Shown: one piece after another, positions 8,183-15,548 of the stretch | Numbering within the stretch: position 1 is the stretch's first letter | Layout of the letters: every line of letters begins with the position of its first letter | Source of the DNA: Halalkalibacterium halodurans | Lineage (GTDB): Bacteria > Bacillota > Bacilli > Bacillales > Bacillaceae_D | NCBI RefSeq assembly: GCF_004376175.1 | Contig: NZ_SNUY01000076.1 | Location: forward strand, 1 to 17,522 | Direction of reading: 5' to 3' | DNA: 17,522 nucleotides | Translations under genes and position numbers: made by a program | Notes under the pieces: model-generated | The model's database searches: none | What the model saw: only the letters and a program-made list of their open reading frames with translations | What the model was told of the DNA's origin: nothing

Positions 8183-8722
8183 CGGTTGAAACATTTGTGA
8201 ATATTTTTTCCCAAAAAGGGCAAGAACGATGATGCTGATTAACGCCTCAGGCAGCACGTATGAGATGTTGTACACAAATGAATAGAGGGCTACAGGCGTT
8301 CCTTCTGGAGCATACTCCCCAAACCAAACGACGCCTGACGTAAAATGACATAAAAACCGGAGAAATGAGGCAAATAACACACCGCCGATCATCGCCGCAT
8401 AAAAACGTTTCCCTTCAAATGAACCTTTTACGGCAAAAAGGCTAGCCAAGCCGATCGTTAAAAATGGTAGCGGATAGTCGAGCACAAGTTGAACAGGATG
8501 GACGACGTAGCCGCCAATTAATTTGAGCAAGCCGACAATCAATCCCGTCACAATCCCCGCTTTCCAGCCGCGCCGGAAGGCCATAACAACGATCGGTAGC
8601 ATCACGAGTGAAATCGACCCACCATACGCCCAAAAGACGCCAATTTTTACGAAGCTGAGCACGAACGCTAAACCACTCATGATAGCGATCTCGATTAAAA
8701 TAAGTAACCTTGATGAAGCCAT
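8162..8722 (-). CDS. thiT: thiamine ECF-transporter S component ThiT (YuaJ-like)
   Basis: Multi-span membrane protein, MASSRLLILIEIAIMSGLAF...HPVQLVLDYPLPF..., similar to B. subtilis YuaJ and sitting behind a TPP riboswitch. The ATG at 8722 lies 10 nt downstream of GGAG. The ORF-track start at 8749 falls inside the riboswitch terminator. Confidence 0.85.
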   Translation of the reverse strand: MASSRLLILIEIAIMSGLAFVLSFVKIGVFWAYGGSISLVMLPIVVMAFRRGWKAGIVTGLIVGLLKLIGGYVVHPVQLVLDYPLPFLTIGLASLFAVKGSFEGKRFYAAMIGGVLFASFLRFLCHFTSGVVWFGEYAPEGTPVALYSFVYNISYVLPEALISIIVLALFGKKYSQMFQPKKELGV

Positions 8723-8723
8723 G

Positions 8724-8760
8724 AAAAAACATCTCCTTCCTACCCACAAGGAGATGCCGC
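8724..8760 (-). terminator. TPP-riboswitch expression-platform terminator
   Basis: On the minus strand, CATCTCCTT-GTGGGTAGG-AAGGAGATG is followed by TTTTTT. The 3' arm contains the thiT SD (AAGGAG). Confidence 0.75.
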
Positions 8761-8796
8761 ATTGACTGATTATCGTAAACTAGTTTTCACGAAATG

Positions 8797-8882
8797 CGCC
8801 ACTTCCCTTCGCTAGTATGAACTAGATCAGGTTCCAAGAGTTGAGGATTCGCCTCTCTCAGTCTTTCGACACCCCTAGTGGT
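8797..8882 (-). promoter_or_regulatory. TPP (THI-box) riboswitch aptamer
   Basis: The minus strand reads CACTAGGGGTGTCGAAAGACTGAGAGAGG...CTTGGAACCTGATCTAGTTCATACTAGCGAAGGGAAGTGG. This matches the conserved GGGGTG / CTGAGA / AACCTGATC...GCGNAGGGAA elements. Confidence 0.9.
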
Positions 8883-8984
8883 TATACATGTTTTATTTTC
8901 TCATTTATCCTAGCATAAGTTGAGTCGGAATGGTATTGTTTTTTCTTTCCTTGTCGACGTCTCCAACCATTTGAAATGAAAAGG

Positions 8985-9020
8985 AGCTGCATCAAAAGTC
9001 TATCTTTTGATGCAGCTTTT
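8985..9020. terminator. orphan 14-bp perfect hairpin (terminator-like)
   Basis: AGCTGCATCAAAAG (8985-8998) pairs with CTTTTGATGCAGCT (9004-9017) around a 5-nt loop. TTTCT follows on the + strand and CCTTTTC follows on the - strand. No intact gene ends here. Confidence 0.5.
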
Positions 9021-9044
9021 CTGATTTGTTCTAAATCGCGACTT

Positions 9045-9136
9045 GGCGGACGCTTTCCGCGGGCAACGCTCCAGCTTCCTCGAGAACCCCACTCTCGGCG
9101 ATCTTCCGCTGTTGCTTTTCCCGCAGGAGTCGCCGC
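9045..9136. repeat. GC-rich intergenic element with imperfect dyad symmetry
   Basis: GGCGGACGCTTTCCGCGGGCAACGC (9045-9069) is partially complementary to GCTGTTGCTTTTCCCGCAGGAGTCGCCGCC (9108-9137). Its composition is far more GC-rich than the flanks. ORFs are open on both strands (8882..9157 - and 8976..9161 +) with low-complexity R/G/P/A translations. Confidence 0.45.
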
Positions 9137-9283
9137 CTGTCGCTCGTTCGACCCCATTTAACGCGCGAAAGAACATACAAAAAAAGTCGCCCGATTGTTT
9201 AAAATGAAGGTACCACTACCAAAATTCAAACGAAAGAAGGCGATTTTTTGTGTAGCCTAGCGGCTACTTATTAGCCGTATACC

Positions 9284-9738
9284 ATGAATCCACTCGTGCT
9301 TCCTATGGATTTTTCCGATCTCAGTCCAGAGAACCATGTGGCACGTGAGGTGAATGTCATGTATCGAACAGTACCCAAAATCAGCGGAAAGTCTCTTTTA
9401 AACGATACACCAAGTGGATCGATCCGTAAGGTTATACATGGGATTTTAGGTGATATGAGTGTGAGTCATGTGAAGAATGCCGTTCAAGCTGGAGTGTACC
9501 AAGGCCCAGGGAAATCGACAGGTCACTACAACCCAGTGTACGAGGAACTGAAAGCGAAGAAGGCCGAACGCTCCACCAAAAAAAAAGATGTGGAGAGGGG
9601 ATTTGGTCATGTCAAACAAAACTCTCCGCTTCCGAAGGCTGCATCTTCGCGGTAAAGAAAACGTGCACATCGAGCTCAGGCTTGTGGCCCTTACTGCACA
9701 ACATAAAGAAACGAGCGACGGTGGATCTTCGCTCGAAT
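9284..9738 (+). pseudogene. IS1182-family transposase remnant (internally deleted and frameshifted)
   Basis: The N-terminus NPLVLPMDFSDLSPENHVAREVN matches the conserved IS1182-type start (..LxLPxDLxxxIPENHxxRxVN). GFGHVKQN is followed, in a different frame, by RFRRLHLRGKENVHIELRLVALTAQ, which corresponds to the conserved C-terminus FGxIKxNxGFRRFxLRGxxKVxxExxLxxxAHN. Most of the roughly 450-aa catalytic core is missing. Confidence 0.6.
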
Positions 9739-9762
9739 AATCAACGAAAACACATCAACACA

Positions 9763-9801
9763 AAAATCGGGAGAACCGCATCAAATGGTTCTCCCGATTT
9801 T
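9763..9801 (-). terminator. fruA intrinsic terminator
   Basis: AAAATCGGGAGAACC (9763-9777) pairs with GGTTCTCCCGATTTT (9787-9801). It lies 36 nt downstream of the fruA stop on the minus strand, with A/T runs at the stem base. Confidence 0.8.
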
Positions 9802-9836
9802 ATGTTTTAAGGTGCTTTTGGGACAGCAACTTTTAC

Positions 9837-11705
9837 TTAAAGCTTCGCGTCTTTTTTCCAGAATCCGAGTAAGAGCGCGGTAACGATTGAACCAGCGATA
9901 ATGGCTACAAGATAGAGAAGTGGATGATTGACTAGTCCAATGACGAACACACCGCCGTGTGGTGCTGGCAACGTCACATTAAAGAGAGCGGTCAAGCCTC
10001 CAGCGAACGCCGAACCGACGATGATGGACGGGATGACACGTCCTGGGTCAGCGGCTGCAAATGGAATCGCCCCTTCAGTAATGAACGATGCACCGAGAAT
10101 GTAGTTTGTTTTCCCTGCTTCACGCTCTTGTTTCGTGAATTTCTTCTTGAATAATGTTGTCGCAAGGGCAATCCCTAACGGTGGCACCATTCCACCTGCC
10201 ATAACAGCTGCATGTGGACCGAAGTTTCCGGCGTCAATCATCGCAATTCCAAACGTGAAGGCCGCTTTGTTGATTGGTCCACCCATATCAACTGCCATCA
10301 TACCACCTAAAATAACTCCGAGAATCACCATGTTTGCTGTTCCCATTGAGCCGAGCCAATCTTGAAGACCAGTGTTAAAGGCAGCTAGAGGCCCAACAAT
10401 GACAAGCATGATCATACCAGTAATAAAAATATTAAAGACCGGGTAGAACAAGATCGTTTTAATTCCATCAAGTGTTTGCGGAAGGTTAGCCAATACTTTT
10501 TTCACACCGAGAGCAACATAACCTGCTAAGAAACCGGCAATCAACCCACCTAAGAATCCAGCTTCACCTGTTGACGCAATCAATCCACCGATCATACCTG
10601 CGGCAAATCCAGGACGATCCGCAATACTCATGGCGATGAAAGCCGCAAGAACTGGAATCATAAGACCGAACGCATTTCCGCCACCGATCGTCATTAACAT
10701 TTCCGCAAATGGATGGTAGGATGGATCACTCGGATCAAATGCTTTGATCCCGAACATAAAGGAAATCGCAATTAAAATACCACCACCAACAACGAACGGA
10801 AGCATGTTGGAAACACCGTTCATTAAGTGTTTGTAAAACCCGAGCTTCGGACGTCCTCCACCTGCAGAACCGTCTTCTCCACTTGCTTGAGCTCCGCCTT
10901 CATAGACAGGCGCTTTCCCTGCTAATGCTTGGTCAATTAATTCTTTTGGTCTGCGAATACCGTCGGTGACAGGAACTTGGATCACAGGCTTACCATGGAA
11001 GCGATCCATCTCTACCTTCGTATCCGCCGCAACGATAATCGCTTTTGCTGCGCTAATTTCCTCATCTGTGAGACGATTCTTTACACCACCTGAGCCGTTT
11101 GTTTCTACTTTGATCGATACCCCTAGCTCCTGTGCTTTTGATTTTAAGTTGTCGGCCGCCATATACGTATGGGCAATACCAGTCGGGCAGCCTGTAACCG
11201 CTAATAGCTCATAGCCTTCCTGTTTCTCCTCAGCCTCTCCAGCTGTTTCTGCTTCTTTTTTATCAATTGCTGCTAAAATCTCGTCCTCTGATTGCGCTTT
11301 CATTAAGGTGCTACGGAAGGTTTCATCCATCAAGAAAGTCGATAGTCTTGATAGGGTTTCAAGGTGCTCATTGTTCGCCCCTTCACTCGCGGCAATCATG
11401 AAGAACAAGTGACTTGGCTGTCCGTCTAATGATTCATAATCAATCCCTGCATCTGAGCGTCCAAACGCAATCGCCGGCTGCTTCACCGCTGCCGTTTTGG
11501 CATGAGGGATCGCAATCCCTTCCCCGACACCTGTTGTGCTTTGTGATTCACGCTCAAGAATCGCTCGTTTGAATGCTTGTGCATCGTTGAGCCGTCCCGC
11601 TTTATCAAGCGTACGGACGAGCTCATCAATGACAGCTTCTTTAGAGGCAGCTCGTAAATTAAGTACCATTGTGTCTTTTTTTAGAAGCTCTGAAATTTTT
11701 AACAT
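9837..11705 (-). CDS. fruA: PTS fructose transporter subunit IIABC
   Basis: It carries an EIIA-type-2 block GEGIAIPHAK, the EIIB Cys loop VTGCPTGIAHTYMAA, and a long polytopic EIIC. The ATG at 11705 (MLKISELLKK) has the SD GGAAGGGTGA and lies 5 nt after the fruK stop. The ORF-track extension to 11777 overlaps fruK. Confidence 0.9.
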   Translation of the reverse strand: MLKISELLKKDTMVLNLRAASKEAVIDELVRTLDKAGRLNDAQAFKRAILERESQSTTGVGEGIAIPHAKTAAVKQPAIAFGRSDAGIDYESLDGQPSHLFFMIAASEGANNEHLETLSRLSTFLMDETFRSTLMKAQSEDEILAAIDKKEAETAGEAEEKQEGYELLAVTGCPTGIAHTYMAADNLKSKAQELGVSIKVETNGSGGVKNRLTDEEISAAKAIIVAADTKVEMDRFHGKPVIQVPVTDGIRRPKELIDQALAGKAPVYEGGAQASGEDGSAGGGRPKLGFYKHLMNGVSNMLPFVVGGGILIAISFMFGIKAFDPSDPSYHPFAEMLMTIGGGNAFGLMIPVLAAFIAMSIADRPGFAAGMIGGLIASTGEAGFLGGLIAGFLAGYVALGVKKVLANLPQTLDGIKTILFYPVFNIFITGMIMLVIVGPLAAFNTGLQDWLGSMGTANMVILGVILGGMMAVDMGGPINKAAFTFGIAMIDAGNFGPHAAVMAGGMVPPLGIALATTLFKKKFTKQEREAGKTNYILGASFITEGAIPFAAADPGRVIPSIIVGSAFAGGLTALFNVTLPAPHGGVFVIGLVNHPLLYLVAIIAGSIVTALLLGFWKKDAKL

Positions 11706-11710
11706 CGTAA

Positions 11711-12631
11711 TCACCCTTCCTTTTTTATCGTTCGTTGAAGTTGCTGTTGCAGTCGTTCGACTTCCTCTCTTGTACAAAACCCATCGGAGAATGCTGTCGC
11801 ACTACCAGCAGCAACTGCGAATGGCACTGCATCTTCAAGGGACTTTCCCTCTTGTAATGCTGCCAAAAATCCCGCCACGACCGAATCACCGGCCCCGACC
11901 GAATTTCGCACCTCCCCAGACGGAACGTTCACATGAAACATCCCTTCCGTCGAGGCAAACAATGCCCCATCCCCTGCAAATGACACGAGAATGGATTCAA
12001 TGCCTTCACCGATGAGTCGCTGAACATGGGGGATGGCATCCTCAATCGAAGCAATTGGCTTTGAAACGAGTTCTGAAAGCTCATGATGATTGGGCTTTAT
12101 GAACGAAGGCTTTGCTGCCAATACTTCGTGTAATGCCTCTCCACTCGTATCCACAGCCACAAAGGCACCTCGCTCTTTGGCAATTTGTGTCATCGAGCGG
12201 TAAATTGTCTGTGGCATCGCTTGTGGGACACTACCAGCAAGAACGAGCACATCCCCTTTTTCTAATTCTGTTAGCTGCTCAAGCAAAGCTTGAACATGTT
12301 CTTTTTTAATCAGGGGAGCGGTGCCATTTAATTCTGTTTCTTGCTTACCCTTGATCTTGACGTTAATTCTTGTATCGCCTTCCACCTCAATAAAGGAGAG
12401 ACCAATCTCTTCTTTTTCGAGGGCATTTCTTACATAAGCTCCTGTAAACCCACCTAAAAATCCAAGTGCCTTTGTCTCATGTCCGAGACGCTTCAATACG
12501 CGGGAGACATTGATGCCTTTACCACCAGGCTGTTTCCTATCACGCTCTGAACGGTTGACGACTCCTTGCTCAAAGTTTTCCACTTGGACGATGTAATCAA
12601 TTGAGGGGTTTAACGTCACTGTATAAATCAT
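11711..12631 (-). CDS. fruK: 1-phosphofructokinase
   Basis: PfkB-family protein: MIYTVTLNPSIDY..., GGKGINVS, and the C-terminal GAGDSVVAGF motif. Its start overlaps the fruR stop by 4 nt. Confidence 0.9.
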   Translation of the reverse strand: MIYTVTLNPSIDYIVQVENFEQGVVNRSERDRKQPGGKGINVSRVLKRLGHETKALGFLGGFTGAYVRNALEKEEIGLSFIEVEGDTRINVKIKGKQETELNGTAPLIKKEHVQALLEQLTELEKGDVLVLAGSVPQAMPQTIYRSMTQIAKERGAFVAVDTSGEALHEVLAAKPSFIKPNHHELSELVSKPIASIEDAIPHVQRLIGEGIESILVSFAGDGALFASTEGMFHVNVPSGEVRNSVGAGDSVVAGFLAALQEGKSLEDAVPFAVAAGSATAFSDGFCTREEVERLQQQLQRTIKKEG

Positions 12632-13383
12632 AGCGGCACCACCTTCACTGCTGTCTGAGTTTCGTATGCTTGAATGACTTGCTGCTCCACTTGGCTGCTC
12701 GTCACAATCGTAGCGGCATGAATCGGAGCTACGGTTGCAAATGTCGTTTCTCCAAATTTTGAATGGTCCACCAACATAAAGGCTTCCCGCGAAAGGGAAA
12801 GGGCTGTTTCTTTCACGTATGCTTCTTGCGGATCAGGCGTTGTGAAGCCATCCTCTAAATGGACTCCGTTAATGCCAAGGAACGCTTTATCAAATCGAAA
12901 CGTCTGTAAGCTTTGAATCGCATGGCGTCCTACAAATGCCCGTGTTCCTTGCTTCACCGTCCCGCCAATAACGTACGTTTCCACCCCTGCCTCAAGCAGT
13001 GCGGAGATGCTGTCAAGTCCATTTGTGACAACGACTATTTTTTTAGTTTTAATAAAAGGAATTAATTCATACGTCGTCGTTCCTGCGTCAAGAAACAGAC
13101 AATCGCCATCCTCTACGAAGCTTGCAGCTAATTCCGCGATCTTCTTTTTTTCGTGATTGTTTTTGACTGTTTTTTCAGCCATCGTAGGTTCTTCACGGCG
13201 CTTCTTTAGGACGGAAGCCCCGCCATGAATACGCTTTAATTTTTTCTGTTTTTCTAGCTCGGTCAAATCACGACGAATCGTGGACTCTGACGCATTCGTA
13301 TATTCGACAAGGTCATGAATCGTTACAACTTCTTTTTCTTGTACTAGTTTTACAATTTGTTCATAACGTTCGATCGTTAACAT
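12628..13383 (-). CDS. fruR: DeoR-family transcriptional repressor FruR
   Basis: N-terminal DeoR helix-turn-helix (VTIHDLVEYTNASESTIRRDLTELE) plus a sugar-phosphate sensor domain. The ATG at 13383 has the SD GAGGTG. The ORF-track start at 13422 would run into the promoter. Confidence 0.9.
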   Translation of the reverse strand: MLTIERYEQIVKLVQEKEVVTIHDLVEYTNASESTIRRDLTELEKQKKLKRIHGGASVLKKRREEPTMAEKTVKNNHEKKKIAELAASFVEDGDCLFLDAGTTTYELIPFIKTKKIVVVTNGLDSISALLEAGVETYVIGGTVKQGTRAFVGRHAIQSLQTFRFDKAFLGINGVHLEDGFTTPDPQEAYVKETALSLSREAFMLVDHSKFGETTFATVAPIHAATIVTSSQVEQQVIQAYETQTAVKVVPL

Positions 13384-13413
13384 AGGACACACCTCATACG
13401 ACTTCTTATTTAG

Positions 13414-13442
13414 AGTATACAATCACTTTCAGTCAAAATCAA
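13414..13442 (-). promoter_or_regulatory. sigma-A-type promoter of fruRKA
   Basis: On the minus strand: -35 TTGATT (13442..13437), 17-nt spacer, -10 TATACT (13419..13414). Confidence 0.55.
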
Positions 13443-13455
13443 TCAGAAATAATCA
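13416..13455 (-). promoter_or_regulatory. four 10-bp-phased TGAYTR direct repeats (candidate FruR operator)
   Basis: The minus strand reads TGATTATTTC|TGATTGATTT|TGACTGAAAG|TGATTGTATA, with exact 10-nt phasing. The array covers the -35 and runs into the -10 of the fruR promoter. Confidence 0.5.
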
Positions 13456-13498
13456 AATTCGACAAAATTCTTTCAAATCAAAAAAAAGCACACCCTTT

Positions 13499-14033
13499 TC
13501 AGAGTGAGCCCATTTCCCCTTTGGCATACGATAATCGTAAACGGTTAATATGAGCTTGATGGTAGCGATGGTGGTCTGCCATATGCCAAAGCCCCCCAAC
13601 GGATCGTCGCTTGTCTTTCTTCCTCATAAGGAATCCACCGCGCTAAATCGTCATCATGTAACGCTTGACATGTTTCCTTCAGGAGCGCTTACACGTAACG
13701 CTGCTTTTCAATTAGCTCCTGAACACTTAACGACGTGACCACAGGCAGCTTTCCGTCCTTGTCCACCATAGGGCCATGCTCAGCTTCCAGTGAGTCAGGT
13801 AATGCCTCTCCCTTGATTCGAAACACCCACCTTACATCCACATACGTTAAATGATTCAGCAATTGGGCCATGCTATTCTCATCTCCGTCCGATCCTTTAT
13901 AATAAAGCTCTTCCTCTGTCACATCTTCAATCAAATGATGGAGGCGATCCACATTTTCCTCCACCATCGCATAAAATAGACCGACAGACGTATCCATTTC
14001 CGGTTGCTCAAGGAAATCGAAATGCGTCCTCAC
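13499..14033 (-). pseudogene. DinB-family (DUF664/DinB_2-like) protein, disrupted
   Basis: The likely start is GTG at 14033, preceded by SD AGGGGAG with an 8-nt spacer. The reading frame hits an in-frame TAA at 13691..13689. Homologous-looking sequence continues (ALLKETCQALHDDDLARWIPYEEERQATIRWG) up to a G6/C6 run (13592-13597). Removing one base from that run restores LWHMADHHRYHQAHINRL...*, the His-rich C-terminal DinB motif, with a stop at 13501..13499. The total of 535 nt equals 3n+1. Confidence 0.7.
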
Positions 14034-14046
14034 AGGCTTTTCTCCC

Positions 14047-14076
14047 CTTTCGTTCAAAAACAATCAGAAACAATCA
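14047..14076 (-). promoter_or_regulatory. second copy of the phased TGAYTG module
   Basis: The minus strand reads TGATTGTTTC|TGATTGTTTT|TGAACGAAAG, which is 26/30 identical to the first three repeats at 13455..13426. It lies between the hairpin downstream of the GDH-like gene and the SD of the DinB pseudogene. Confidence 0.4.
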
Positions 14077-14078
14077 GG

Positions 14079-14092
14079 CCACCCCGAGGTGG
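14079..14092 (-). terminator. weak hairpin downstream of the GDH-like gene
   Basis: CCACC (14079-14083) pairs with GGTGG (14088-14092) around a 4-nt loop. On the minus strand it is followed by the T-rich CCTGATTGTTTCTGATTGTTTTT. The stem is short, so termination efficiency is doubtful. Confidence 0.3.
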
Positions 14093-14107
14093 AGCGGTCT
14101 GAATCGT

Positions 14108-15502
14108 TTAATAGAGCTTTCCGTGCTTATACAGCAAGCTCGTTAGCCGTTCAAGTGCTAGCGTAAAGCACGTAAAACGCAGCGTATGCCCTACCGATGA
14201 AAAATAGCGCTCATAGACGGATTTTAGCGTTTCCTTCATCTGTGTTCCCATTTCAGCTAAAATATCATCCTCAGAATAAAGCTCCGTAATCCGGCTCTGC
14301 TTCCATTCAAGGTAAGAGACGATGACCCCACCGGCATTGGCGAGAATATCAGGGATGACCACTGTGCCCGCTGCTTCGAAATAGTCATCAGCCTCTGTCG
14401 AAATCGGGGCATTCGCTCCTTCCACTAGGACGCGGGCGTTCACTTGCTTCATATTTCGTTCATGAATTTGGTTTTCAATCGCCGCTAAAATGAGCACGTC
14501 CGTCTCACACGTAAGAACGGCATCCACTGGTAAAACCGATGCTTCCACCCCAGCTGCCGCTAGCTCTTCACTGTTTTTCGGTAAATCCTTACCGCCGATC
14601 GTATAAGCTGCCAAGGCACGAACATCGAGCCCCTTCTCATTGTAAAGCGTCGTATACCGATCGGAGACAGCCACAACCCGGTGGGCGATTTCTGAACATT
14701 GATAGGCTTCGAGGGCTGCCACGCTCCCCACATTCCCGAATCCTTGCACCGCCACACGAATTGGATCGCTATTATCGGCTTGTTGCTTTAGATTTGATAT
14801 GGTCTCCCACTGCTTCGTTCGGTTGATTCCGTTACCAGAGACATGTTCATCGTACCATTGACTTAAGAGCCAAATATAGCTTAAAAAAGTTCCTTTTCCG
14901 GTTGCTTCTCGCCTGCCACGTGCCCCACCATTTTCAACACTTTTGCCTGTAAATGAGCCGAGATACGCTTGACCTGGGTGAATCGTTTTAAATTCTCCAA
15001 CCATCCAATCAATGACCTGCTCATTTGTTCCAAGGTCAGGGGCTGGAATATCATGGTTTGGCCCTAGGTCTCTTGCGAAGCGCTGTACATATTTTTTACT
15101 AATCAGGTTTAATTCCTTTTCCGAGTATTTTCTCGGGTCTACATGGACGCCACCTTTTGCACCACCAAAAGGTAAACGGTGGAGCGCATTTTTCAGTGTC
15201 ATGAGAATCGCTAAATTTTCTACTTCTTCCTCAGAGACAAACTCGCTAAAGCGGATGCCCCCTTTATAAAAGCCGCTAATGTTGTTATGCTGGACCCGGT
15301 AGGCTGGAATCCGCATGATTCCATGTTCTGTAGAGACCCGTATGTAGCTCTTAATGATTTTGTCCGTTGTCGTTAAAATTTCTTGCGCCGATAAGACGAT
15401 TCGCTTTCGCTTCTCATCATCTTCAATGCCGAGGAACCCTTCCTTCTCCGAAAGCTCGGTCATTACGTTTTCCATAAGTTTCGCTGTTTCTTTACGATCC
15501 AT
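14108..15502 (-). CDS. Glu/Leu/Phe/Val dehydrogenase family protein (divergent glutamate-dehydrogenase-like)
   Basis: 464 aa. Motifs are YKGGIRF, the catalytic-Lys block FGGAKGGVHVDP, the Rossmann motif VQGFGNVGS, and PDILANAGGVIVSYLEW. SD AAGGAGG lies 7 nt upstream of the ATG at 15502. The protein is longer than RocG/GudB-type enzymes (about 425 aa), with an N-terminal extension and an extra segment before the GxGxxG motif. Confidence 0.85.
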   Translation of the reverse strand: MDRKETAKLMENVMTELSEKEGFLGIEDDEKRKRIVLSAQEILTTTDKIIKSYIRVSTEHGIMRIPAYRVQHNNISGFYKGGIRFSEFVSEEEVENLAILMTLKNALHRLPFGGAKGGVHVDPRKYSEKELNLISKKYVQRFARDLGPNHDIPAPDLGTNEQVIDWMVGEFKTIHPGQAYLGSFTGKSVENGGARGRREATGKGTFLSYIWLLSQWYDEHVSGNGINRTKQWETISNLKQQADNSDPIRVAVQGFGNVGSVAALEAYQCSEIAHRVVAVSDRYTTLYNEKGLDVRALAAYTIGGKDLPKNSEELAAAGVEASVLPVDAVLTCETDVLILAAIENQIHERNMKQVNARVLVEGANAPISTEADDYFEAAGTVVIPDILANAGGVIVSYLEWKQSRITELYSEDDILAEMGTQMKETLKSVYERYFSSVGHTLRFTCFTLALERLTSLLYKHGKLY

Positions 15503-15548
15503 CTGTCGACCTCCTTTGTCTCTTGGTGATTACCCGGTTTTGGAGCGA

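Noticed and set aside
8882-9161. ORFs 8882..9157 (-) of 91 aa and 8976..9161 (+) of 61 aa.
   Set aside because: They overlap each other on opposite strands across the terminator hairpin and the GC-rich dyad element. They have no SD and their composition is Arg/Gly/Pro/Ala-rich. They are better explained as accidental open frames in a repeat.
9446-9670. ORF 9446..9670 (-), and the intact-looking 123-aa ORF 9284..9655 (+), considered as real genes.
   Set aside because: The + ORF is a chimera of transposase N- and C-terminal fragments, and the conserved C-terminus continues in another frame. The - ORF is its shadow. The region is treated as a pseudogene.
13384-13470. A possible CcpA cre site (TGAAAGTGATTGTA) in the fruR promoter.
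   Set aside because: It mismatches the central CG and the 3' half of the cre consensus (TGWAANCGNTNWCA). The sequence is better accounted for by the phased TGAYTG repeats.
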